A stretch of 64,000 bases of DNA from Eledone cirrhosa (Eukaryota), in assembly GCA_964016885.1 (NCBI GenBank), contig OZ024760.1, forward strand, positions 19,158,001 to 19,222,000, written 5' to 3'. Within the stretch, counting starts at the first letter, position 1. Each line of letters begins with the position of its first letter. Below, in pieces: positions 54,754-64,000 of the stretch. The notes beneath the pieces are model-generated. The model saw only the letters and a list, made by a program, of their open reading frames with translations. It ran no database searches and was not told where the DNA came from. The translations under genes were made by a program, and so were the position numbers.

Positions 54754-54831
54754 ATTACCTCATTACCAGAGGTTTCCCGAATGAGGCGAATACGAAAGAA
54801 ACGTCTTCATTCGTTCGTCAGACGAGGCAAT
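54754..54831 (-). ncRNA. Type I hammerhead ribozyme (family B, left arm)
   Basis: ATTGCCTCGT-CTGACGA-a-CGAATGAaGaCG...CGCcTCATTCG-g-GAAA-CC-tct-GG-TA-ATGAGGTAAT. 10-bp stem I, GUA triplet. Predicted cut 54764/54763. Confidence 0.85.
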
Positions 54832-55144
54832 ATAAAACATGGCTAAATACTTGGAAAGTCTCAAGAAAAGCAAAAAAAATATATATATATATATATAAAT
54901 ATAGACAAAGGAATTACAATAGCCATATGAAATATATGAAAAATCTTTCAAGAAATATAGTTAGGTGTGTGTATATGTATGTATATACGCTCATATATAC
55001 ATACATATACACACACCTAACTATATTTCTTGAAAGATTTTTATATATTTCATATGGCTATTGTAATTCCTTTGTCTATATTTATATATCATTTTTTTTT
55101 TGCTTTTTTTGATGAGACTTTCCAAGTATTTATCCATGTTTTAT

Positions 55145-55220
55145 ATTGCCTCGTCTGACGAACGAATGAACACGTTTCTTTCGTATTCGCCTCATTCGGG
55201 AAACCTGGTAATGAGGTAAT
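55145..55220 (+). ncRNA. Type I hammerhead ribozyme (family B, right arm)
   Basis: ATTGCCTCGT-CTGACGA-a-CGAATGA...TCATTCG-g-GAAA-CC-t-GG-TA-ATGAGGTAAT. Predicted cut after 55210. Confidence 0.8.
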
Positions 55221-55494
55221 TATATTGTATTGATTTTTATACATTATATATATATATATATATATATACACGCAGACAAACATACATACTTGTCTCTGTG
55301 TCTACATGTATGTATATACGGGTCTCTGTGTCTATATGTATACGTACGTACGGTCGGTGTGTGCGTGTGTGTCTTAAATGCATACATCATCTGAAAATGA
55401 TATACACACCTGTTATATTGAAACTTATATAAATATGTAATTGCAGACGAAACATTACTTTGTCATTAAAGTACTATTGCAGTGAATATATATG

Positions 55495-55541
<47 letters not shown>

Positions 55542-55730
55542 CACACACACAAACACGTTTTTCTGCGTGTATCTTAAATGTATGTATACATCACGCCTGT
55601 TATACTGAAACTTGATATATAAATATATATATTTTTGCAGACGAAACACCACTGTCATTACAATGAATAATCTCTTCGTGTTTGTCTGTCTGTCTGTCTG
55701 TGTATATATATATACACACACACACACACA

Positions 55731-56190
55731 CTAGCTGAAGTACCCGGCTTCACCCGGGAGAACAGTTAAGAGCAGACACGGATAAAAGAGAAAACGACTG
55801 TATTGGATGTGGCGTGTGGTTTACAATATAAGAGAGAGAAAGGGAGGGAAAGAAAGAGAGAACAATCATAAACCTTCATTATTAGACTGCGTAAGTAAAC
55901 TGATTAAATGGTAGCATTGGCCTTGGATTTTAAATGTGAAATAACCATAGTCAGTATGATCTTTTTGAACTCCAAAGGACGTCATCTGAAATGCAGCGAT
56001 ATACCGCATAACATTGCTTCTGAAGTGTTTAGCTTCGTTAGTATGGTCAGCAAGTAGTATATGGATAAAAGCTGGAGGGTCCTCTATCTTTGGAAGTCTG
56101 ACATTTCCTCCTAAACAACACATGCCAAGTGTAACATCCATGCTACCAATTGTCACTTTAGGATCATTTCTGTAATTCTGTCAAAATATC
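55731..56190 (-). mobile_element. Helitron internal-deletion derivative
   Basis: 3' terminus CCCGG-gtgaag-CCGGG-tacttcag-CTAG followed by T. Rep N-terminal peptide upstream; 5' boundary unknown. Confidence 0.8.
55866..56177 (-). pseudogene. Helitron Rep/helicase N-terminal fragment
   Basis: NYRNDPKVTIGSMDVT-LGMCCLGGNVRLP...HFRSNVMRYIAAFQMTSFG...FKIQGQCYHLISLL; typical GMCC, FQMTSFG and FKIQGQxYH motifs. Confidence 0.8.
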
Positions 56191-56621
56191 TGTGGCATCA
56201 CTCATTTTACCTTACGAAACCACCACCATCAGGTAGAATGATCTCATCACGATTTACAGGTGCACGGAAACCTGATTCCAGAAATTTCAATAATTATCTT
56301 GAAGAAAGAATATTTTCTCCATCAGATATTCAAATTTAAAACTCGAAAATATTTATAACTAACAACCATATTGTAATTATCTCAAAATATTTTTGTCATT
56401 CAAATTCTAATTAATATCATCAAATGAATACATATTTTGGCATGTTATTAATTATCTATAATTATTGATTAACACTACACCTAATGTTCCGTCTCCATAC
56501 ACATACACACACATACACACACATACACACACACACACACACACATACACACACATACACACACACACATACACACACATACACACATGTATATCATGAC
56601 TCATACACTATTCACTTCTCT

Positions 56622-56996
56622 GCGGTGGATTGGCAGCGTCGGTAGAGGGTCGGACGCCATACTTTTCCGTATAGAGTTACGGCCCTTTCCATTCTGAGTT
56701 CAAATCCCGCCGAGGTTAACTTTGCCTTTCATCCTTACGGGGTCGATAAAATAAAGGACCAGTAATATACTGAGTAATTGCTGGCCTTGTGCCTAAAGTA
56801 GAAACACTTGTTATTGGCAGTATGGGTAGAGGGTCGGACGCCATGCTTTGACGCATAGAGTTACGGCCCTTTCCATTCTGAATTCAAATCCCGCCGAGGT
56901 TAACTTTGCCTTTCATCCTTACGGGGGTCGATAAAATAAAGTACCAGTAATGTACTGGGTAATTGCTGGCCTTGTGCCTAAAGTAGAAACAATTAT
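56622..56996 (+). mobile_element. Two tandem Nin-like SINEs (56622-56786, 56815-56996)
   Basis: Consensus matches. Confidence 0.85.
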
Positions 56997-57119
56997 TGAT
57001 TATATAGAGTTTATGGCTTATATTCGTGAAGTAAAATAACCAACAAAGTCAAGGTATTTCTGGTGGTGGTGGTGGTGGTGGTGGTTATAACCAGAAATGC
57101 CATGAGGAAACGACAGTAA

Positions 57120-57735
57120 TTATATGATCAAAATCATCACCACCACTATCATCATCATCATCACCATCACCACAATCATCACCATCACAATCATCACCAC
57201 CACCATCATCACCACCATCACCACTATCATCATCACCACCATCATCACCACCATCACAATCATCATCACTACTATCATTATTATCATCACCACATTCATT
57301 ATCATCATCATTACCATCATCATTATTACCATCATCAACATCGCCATCATCACCATCACCGCCATCATATTTATTATTATTGTTATCATCATCACCACCA
57401 CACCAGCCGTCATCACGATCATCATCATCATCGTCACCACACCAACTATCATTATCACCACCACCACCACCATCAGTTCTCATCCCCACCACAGCAGCAT
57501 CATCATCAACAGCATCACTATTATCATCAGCATCACTCATCTTCATCCCCCACCACTCCAACCATCACCACCACCACCACGACACCAATTATCATTAACA
57601 TCATCATCATCATTACTACTAGCCGTACCACCACTACCGCCACACCACCTCCGCCGTCATCACTACCAGCCACACCACCACCACCTCCTCACCAACTATC
57701 ACCATCACCGCCACTATCTATATAATCATAATAAT
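57120..57735. repeat. (CAT/CAC)n degenerate trinucleotide repeat
   Basis: Direct inspection. Confidence 0.9.
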
Positions 57736-57847
57736 TACTAATTGCTTAACCTGAAATAATTTGCCAAATTCATTCAGGAAAACCTATAAACAGAAAATAG
57801 AGTTGAATTAATTACTGCTACTGAAGTAGAAGTAGAAGACGGAGGGG

Positions 57848-58590
57848 AGAAGAAGGCACAGAAGAAGGCAGAAGAAGAAGGCAGAAGAAGAAGGCAGAAG
57901 AAGAAGGCAGAAGAAGAAGGCAGAAGAAGAAGGCAGAAGAAGAAGGCAGAAGAAGAAGGCAAAAGAAGGCAAAAGAAGGCAAAGGAAGAAGGCAAAGGAA
58001 GAAGGCAAAGGAAGAAGGCAAAGGAAGAAGGCAAAGGAAGAAGGCAAAGGAAGAAGGCAAAGGAAGAAGGCAAAGGAAGAAGGCAAAGGAAGAAACAACA
58101 ACAACAGCACCACGGTTACCACAAGCACCACAACTATTACCACCACTGTCACCAACACCACCACCACGGTCACCACTACCTCCAGCACCACAGCTACTAC
58201 CTCCAACACCACAGGCACCACAACTACTACCACCACCAATACCACCAACACCTTCACCGCCAGTACCACCACCACCAATACCACCAACACCTTCACCGCC
58301 AGTACCACCACCACCAATACCACCAACACCTTCACCGCTAGTAACACCACCAGCATCACCACTATCACCACCACCAGCAACACCACTATCACCACTGCCA
58401 CCACCACCAGCAACACCACTATCACCACCACCAGCAACACCACTATCACCACCACCAGCAACACCACTATCACCACCACCAGCAACACCACTATCACCAC
58501 CACCAGCAACACCACTATCACCACCACCAGCATCACCACTGCCACCACCACCAGCAACACCACTATCACCACTGCCACCACCACCAACCA
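57848..58590. repeat. 13-bp GA-rich minisatellite followed by (CAC)-based 24/39-bp repeats
   Basis: Direct inspection. Confidence 0.9.
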
Positions 58591-58726
58591 GCAATTATCT
58601 CAGTGTATTACCGGTACGTTATTTTATCGACCCCCGTACAGATGAAAGGCAAAGTTAAACTCGGCGGGATTTGAACTCAGACCATAAAGGGCATAGCATG
58701 GCGTCCGACCCTCTACCGATACTGCA
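58588..58726 (-). mobile_element. Nin-like SINE with internal deletion
   Basis: Reverse complement of consensus. Confidence 0.75.
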
Positions 58727-59169
58727 ACGTAGCTTCAGTCTTAATAATATAGTAATCAATAAGTAGCAGTTATTTAATATCTCTTTAAAAATATAACTAA
58801 ATCGATTTCCAAGGAAAAAAATATATATATTTGATAGAATTTTAATTTACGAAAGAAATATAATTAATTTCAACGACATTCCATTTGACTGTCATTTTTA
58901 GCAGATCATACGACCAATTTTAAACATTTCCTCTTCAGCAGCGCATCAGAAGACACGTCACGTTAGGCGCAGGTATTGTGATAAATTACTATATGTCATT
59001 AAAATAAATATTTTAGCTTTTATGTTCAAATAATAACGTAGCTTTAGTCGTTATAATATCGTAATCAATAAGTAGTTATTTAAAATATCATTAAAATATA
59101 ATTGAATTTATTTCCAAGGAAAAAATATATATATTTGATAGAATTTTAATTTACGAAAAGAATATAATT
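58726..59169. repeat. ~140-bp direct duplication (58726-58865, 59035-59169)
   Basis: aacgtagctt.agtc.t.ataatat.gtaatcaataagtag...ttacgaaa occurs twice. Confidence 0.75.
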
Positions 59170-59458
59170 GTTTAATAGATTCATGTGAATAACAGAACAT
59201 AATTCAGATATAAATTTTAATGTCTTATAGCGAACGTAGCAAAACAGTAAAAGCTGGAGTAACAATAAATGGTGTATCCAATGTACGCCATTAACAATAT
59301 ACTTGAAGTTGGAAAGCGTGTTATAGTGAAACCAATAATTATGACAAATTATATTTATCTAACTGTTTAAAATGTAATTTTCATCCTGTGTTTACTTTTA
59401 GCTAACATTTATGTATATCTACAAACATTTACTTAATAGGATGATAATTTCTGTTAAA

Positions 59459-59542
<84 letters not shown>

Positions 59543-59544
<2 letters not shown>

Positions 59545-59883
59545 AGGCATATGGCTTCGTGGTTAGAGCATTGGGCTTGCAATCGAAAGATCGTGAGTTC
59601 AATTCTCAGACCGGGTGATGTGTTGTTTCCTTGAGCAAGACACTTTATTTCACATTGCTCCAGTTTACTCAGCTATAGAAATGAGATGATAGGGACTGGG
59701 GTCCCTATCATTCCACTGCAAAGTGGTCGTGGAGGTGCCACGGCAAAAAAGCACCCAGCACCCACTGTAAATAAGGTTGGTGTTAGGAAGGGCATCCAGC
59801 TGTAGAAATCAAGCCAGAACCAGTTCCCGTCTCACCCTTGCAAGCAGGGAAAAGCGGACGTAAAATGAAATGATGATGATGAT
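59543..59883 (+). mobile_element. Full-length tRNA-derived SINE with V-domain-like body and (TGA)n tail
   Basis: A-box tggcttcgtggtta, B-box gagttcaattc, ccttgagcaagacactt, 3' ggaagggcatccagctgtagaaa...ggacgtaaaatgaaatgatgatgat. Confidence 0.8.
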
Positions 59884-59922
59884 ATATGTATTCGTACATA
59901 CATATATGTAAACAGACGTACA

Positions 59923-59972
<50 letters not shown>

Positions 59973-60549
59973 GTCCACCTAGCTAGCTAGGTATTTACCG
60001 ACCGACCTTGTATGTGTGTTTATGTATGGATCTATGGGTTTATGTATGTGTGTATGTGTATATGTCTATGTATACATTTGTCTACATGTGTACGCGTTCG
60101 TATGTGTGCGTTTTATATGCATTCGTGTGTGTATATATATATATATATATACACACACAAATGCATATAAAACGCACACATACGAACGCGTACACATATA
60201 GACAAATATATACATAGACATATACACATACACACATACACACACCCATACATAAACACACCTACAAGGTCGGTCGGTAAATACCTAGCTAGCTAGGTGG
60301 ACAGATAGGTGGACAGATAGAGGTGGACAGATAGAGGTGGGTTGAGAAAGAAAGATAGAGAAAGAAAGACAGAGAAAGAAAGACAGAAAGAGCGATAGAA
60401 AACTAGAGATAGAGAGTGTGGTGGTGGCGGTGGTGAGGACAGCTAGAGTTACGTAAATAAACTTTTGGTCCATAACGATATTTATTTCTTCGATATCAAA
60501 GCAAAATCTGAAGAACAAACAAACAAACAAATATACATACATCAATAAG

Positions 60550-61350
60550 GTCACTATTGATATATCGGCCTCATCGATACCACAGAAGGAAAATATATTG
60601 GTCCTAAAGGTGATATCACAACAATATCATTATCAAATTAAAAAAAAACAAAAATATTCTTCCCCTGGCTGTGGTATCAATATCCATACGACTGATATCT
60701 CGACCATATCAAACCAAAGAAGATAAAAGATCAAAGAAAACAAAAGATACATTTATCCTAACATTGATATCACTATATACATATGTCTTGTATATCAACC
60801 TTACTAAAACTACGCAAGACAATATATATACTCACACTCACACACACACACACTCACTCTAGCATTGATATCTATATGAAAATACGTCTCGGTAATATTA
60901 AAACCTCACAGGACAAAAACAATTTTTTTCTAACATTGATATCTTTATCAACATATGTCTCAGATATCGGCCTTATTAAAACCTCACAGAATAAAAAATT
61001 TAATGTATCCTAATATTGATATCAACATAGTATTCTATATCTGCAAAACAAAAACACATACCTCTCGCCTTGATATCTTTATCAACATATGTTTAAGATA
61101 TCAACCTTATTAAAACCACACAGGCCCAAAAAAATATACACATCCCTATCCTTGATATCTAGATCAACATATATTTAAGATATCAACCTTATTAAAAGCA
61201 GACAAGCCCCAAAAGATTTATCGTAGCATTGATATATTTATGAACATACCACTGATATCTCGGTCATATTAAAACCGATCAAAACAAAAACAGTACACAT
61301 GTCCCTAGCATGTATATCAATATCACCATACGGCTCATATATCGGTCAGA
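60550..61350. repeat. Old degenerate ~85-120-bp tandem repeat
   Basis: Recurrent cattgatatc..tatcaacatat...gatatc..ccttattaaaac. Confidence 0.65.
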
Positions 61351-61999
61351 GCATAACAACTACTAATTCAAACAAGAATGCGCTCCTTTTTCTTGATATA
61401 TTTATTATATATGATAAGACGTTTAATTGTTATTTCCAGATACATCGACATGAAGATGAAGAAATAATTAGATTCTCCGACAAAGAATGTTATGAGGTTA
61501 AATGAAGCCATTAATTACATACTTCTGTTTTTTCCTTGTCAAATATATCTGTTTATTATCTTCAGGTTTGTTTTTTTCTTCTTTCAAATAAACGGAAATG
61601 AACGTTTTGTTTTTATTATCTCCATCAATCTTTATATGAGAAGGATGGGCGCAGTTATAATTGATTAGACTCTAAACTGACAGCACAGCATAAGGGAAAG
61701 AGAAAACTAAATCTTACTTTCCTTTTATCATTGTTTCATAAGCTAGCTTTCCTAGCCAAAAATATATATTTATCTACATTATATTAAGTAAACAACAGTG
61801 TCTGACATATTCGTGGTGATGGGGAGTGATCTAATCTAAGAATTCCTGAATTACATTACATCGATTTTTGCTAGGTGTATGTGTCTTCAGTAAGAACTAG
61901 TACATGACGTATCTGTGACAGATTCCTCTTCTGAAGGATTAGAATAAAACAAATGGATTTTCTTTCTCTTGAACGAAAGCACAGTCACGGAATATCAGC

Positions 62000-62490
62000 T
62001 AGCTCCCCCTTTGATACCATGAGACATATATAATTATCAAACCACATCCTGTGGATGGTGTATAAAATAAAACATGGCTCTCTTAATTTATAGGTGGGCC
62101 ACGGAGAAATAAATCACTTCCCCTTTATTTATGCTTTCTGTATAACAGGCATATATTTACAATTCATAAACTACTACTGAAGCTTCACTAGAAAATACCT
62201 CGTACCTCTCCTCCTTTTATGTAATAAATAGCTCTTTTTTGTCCATGCTCTTTTTTGATACCATGCAGACATATATAATGTATATACCACAACTGTAGCA
62301 GGGCTACAAAATACCACATAGCTCTCCTCTTTCTCTGCTTTCCGTATAAACAGATATATATAATTTATAAAGTTCTGGTGTGTTTGGGCGACTAAATAAT
62401 AACTCTTTTTCCATGCTCTTTTTTGATACCATGCAAACAAATATAATTCAAAAACCTTAATTGTGTCTGGGCCACAAAATACCACATACC
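62000..62490. repeat. Degenerate tandem repeat (~170-250 bp)
   Basis: ttgataccatg(c/a)...atataa and ggg(c/ct)acaaaataccacata recur. Confidence 0.55.
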
Positions 62491-62630
62491 AACCCTATGT
62501 TTATACCCTCCGTATACCGTGTCTTTTATATCGGGAATCTAATTTATTCGGTCCTCAATGTTGCCATTGACTGACCAACGGTCAAAAATAATACAGATAC
62601 AATATAGACACAAACACATATATATAGTTT

Positions 62631-62672
62631 ATCAAAGTTCTTTCGTTGCACATCTGCAACATCGTCAGTGGT
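62631..62672 (-). ncRNA. Minimal hammerhead ribozyme in PLE pLTR
   Basis: acca-CTGACGA-t-GTTGCA-gatg-TGCAAC-GAAA-G-aa-C-TT-tgat. Confidence 0.65.
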
Positions 62673-62903
62673 GCTATTGTTTCCTCCCGTTACATTGTAT
62701 TTTCTACGCCATCTTTATTTAGTCTGTTTATATATTTATTTATTTGTTTATTTTATTTTGTCTTTGCGTTTGCGTGTGTGTATAGTGTTTTGTTTGATGT
62801 GTGTTCGTGATTGGGTGACTGTGTATTGGTTAATGTATTCTATCTTTACTAGTGTGTTTATATGTGTTTGTTATTGTGCTTGTGTATGTATTTATTTATT
62901 TAT

Positions 62904-64000
62904 TTATACTTCTCTTAGGTCAGTGTTGTTTGTTTGGGTGTTGTTGTTATTCCATTCATTCTTTCTGTTTAGCCTTGGCCTTCTAAGTTCTATTTCACTG
63001 GCCTCTCTGATTTTCCTATCTGCTGGGTCATTTCTATGTTTAGATATTATTCTAATTTCTATGTTGTCTATGTTACCGTCATGTTGTTGTCTAGCATGTT
63101 CGTATAGTACTGACCCGTTTTTTTTTCGTCCTTTTAGTTCCCCCCAGTGTTGGTCTATCCTTTCACCTATGCTACGAGCTGTCTCGCCTATGTATGTTGT
63201 CATGTTTCTGCAAGTACCCTCTGTACATCTTATGCTATAGACTACGTTTCTAGTTTTACAGTTTATCCGGGGGTTTACCTTACATATGATACATTTCCTA
63301 TTAGTACAGTGGGTTTTCTTAAAAGGGTAGGTTTTGCTGATCAGGGATTTTATGGTAGTTCCTGGCTTTTCTACCACCTTAATCTTTAAGTGGGTCTTTC
63401 TCTGGGCCGTTCTACACTGGTTAGCTAATTTCCCTCCAGGGGTAGCGTCCACAAACATGACACTCTGGTATCTCTGGTTGTCGTACCATGAGCTGGCTTT
63501 CCCTATCTTTTGTCTAGCCCTATCTAAGCTATTCCATGATTTGCTCCTGTATAATTGGCAAATTCCTTTCATGTCCAGTTCTATGAGGGTCTTATACTTC
63601 TCCATGGTTCCTTCGTATACCCTGACTCTGTCTCTTTGGTTGTAGCCAGAGAACTGCATGCAGTTGATGAAGTGTTGGATGTGTCTTTCCATTTTTGTTG
63701 GGTCGCACATGCGGGACACATTCTTCATCACTCGTACCAAATCTGCGATCAGAATATTAAACTTAGCACTACTGGACATTGCTGAGTTTTTGAGTATCAG
63801 GTATTTGGAGGCCATGGGTTTGGCATAGTGTGAGTGGAGAATTTGGGCTCTCTCGTCTATAGTGTTAATCCAGAGTTCTGTGTCTAATACAGGTAGTCTA
63901 TTGTTAGGGTGTTTGGAAGGGTAGTCGATAGTTACAGTTATACTCTGGTGTATGGAATTAGCTATCTGCTGGATGCGTTCCATTGTGCTACGTTCTAAAT
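62904..64000 (-). CDS. PLE reverse transcriptase C-terminus/thumb, Cys-rich linker and GIY-YIG endonuclease (5'-partial)
   Basis: LPVLDTEL, HYAKPMAS..SAM, CTNRKCIIC, NVVYSIRC...YIGETARSIGERIDQH, HARQQH, RKIREASEI...PRLN. The frame stays open to the window edge (LERST-M). Confidence 0.92.
   Translation of the reverse strand, partial: LERSTMERIQQIANSIHQSITVTIDYPSKHPNNRLPVLDTELWINTIDERAQILHSHYAKPMASKYLILKNSAMSSSAKFNILIADLVRVMKNVSRMCDPTKMERHIQHFINCMQFSGYNQRDRVRVYEGTMEKYKTLIELDMKGICQLYRSKSWNSLDRARQKIGKASSWYDNQRYQSVMFVDATPGGKLANQCRTAQRKTHLKIKVVEKPGTTIKSLISKTYPFKKTHCTNRKCIICKVNPRINCKTRNVVYSIRCTEGTCRNMTTYIGETARSIGERIDQHWGELKGRKKNGSVLYEHARQQHDGNIDNIEIRIISKHRNDPADRKIREASEIELRRPRLNRKNEWNNNNTQTNNTDLREV

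Larger units (their letters stand above)
54728..55246. mobile_element. ~520-bp near-perfect palindromic element (family B)
   Basis: Arms ~54728-54987 / 54994-55246, loop cgctca. Confidence 0.85.
62521..64000 (-). mobile_element. Penelope-like element, 3' part with pseudo-LTR
   Basis: RT thumb and GIY-YIG ORF followed by an HHR-bearing terminal region that is repeated at 10264-10450. Confidence 0.9.

Noticed and set aside
57085-58594. Gly/Asp/Thr-rich structural protein ORFs
   Set aside because: Degenerate trinucleotide repeats open in several frames on both strands.
62904-64000. Naiad/Chlamys-type PLE or selenoprotein recoding
   Set aside because: The GIY-YIG is C-terminal and the visible ORF has no in-frame TGA.

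Overview
Eukaryotic, very AT-rich, repeat-dominated 64 kb window with no recognisable host protein-coding gene. The repeat landscape (huge (TA)n-derived microsatellites, dense tRNA-derived SINEs, RTE/R4/CRE/Penelope retrotransposons) looks like an Octopus-type cephalopod genome, which is an inference. Almost all long ORFs in the track are microsatellite artefacts. Real coding signal is all from mobile elements: a disrupted RTE LINE (~3170-6171, +), a 5'-truncated R4/Dong-like RLE element within (TAA)n (14566-16070, -), CRE C-terminal remnants (~31.1 kb, ~41.6 kb), a Helitron deletion derivative (55731-~56190, -) and a Penelope-like element (PLE) with RT C-terminus and GIY-YIG running off the right edge (-). 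The most striking unannotated signal is a set of type I hammerhead ribozymes (HHRs), folded by hand. Six are well formed (148-218, 691-757, 28569-28633, 38968-39033, 54754-54831, 55145-55220), three are minimal (10283-10324, 32862-32895, 62631-62672) and several more are degenerate. They sit in several families of short non-coding elements inside (TA)n tracts, usually as fold-back inverted repeats. One HHR lies in the 3' terminal region of the PLE and has a solo copy 52 kb away, which links these elements to PLE pseudo-LTRs. A ~520-bp near-perfect palindrome (54728-55246) carries two intact outward-facing ribozymes. None of the folds were computed or tested.
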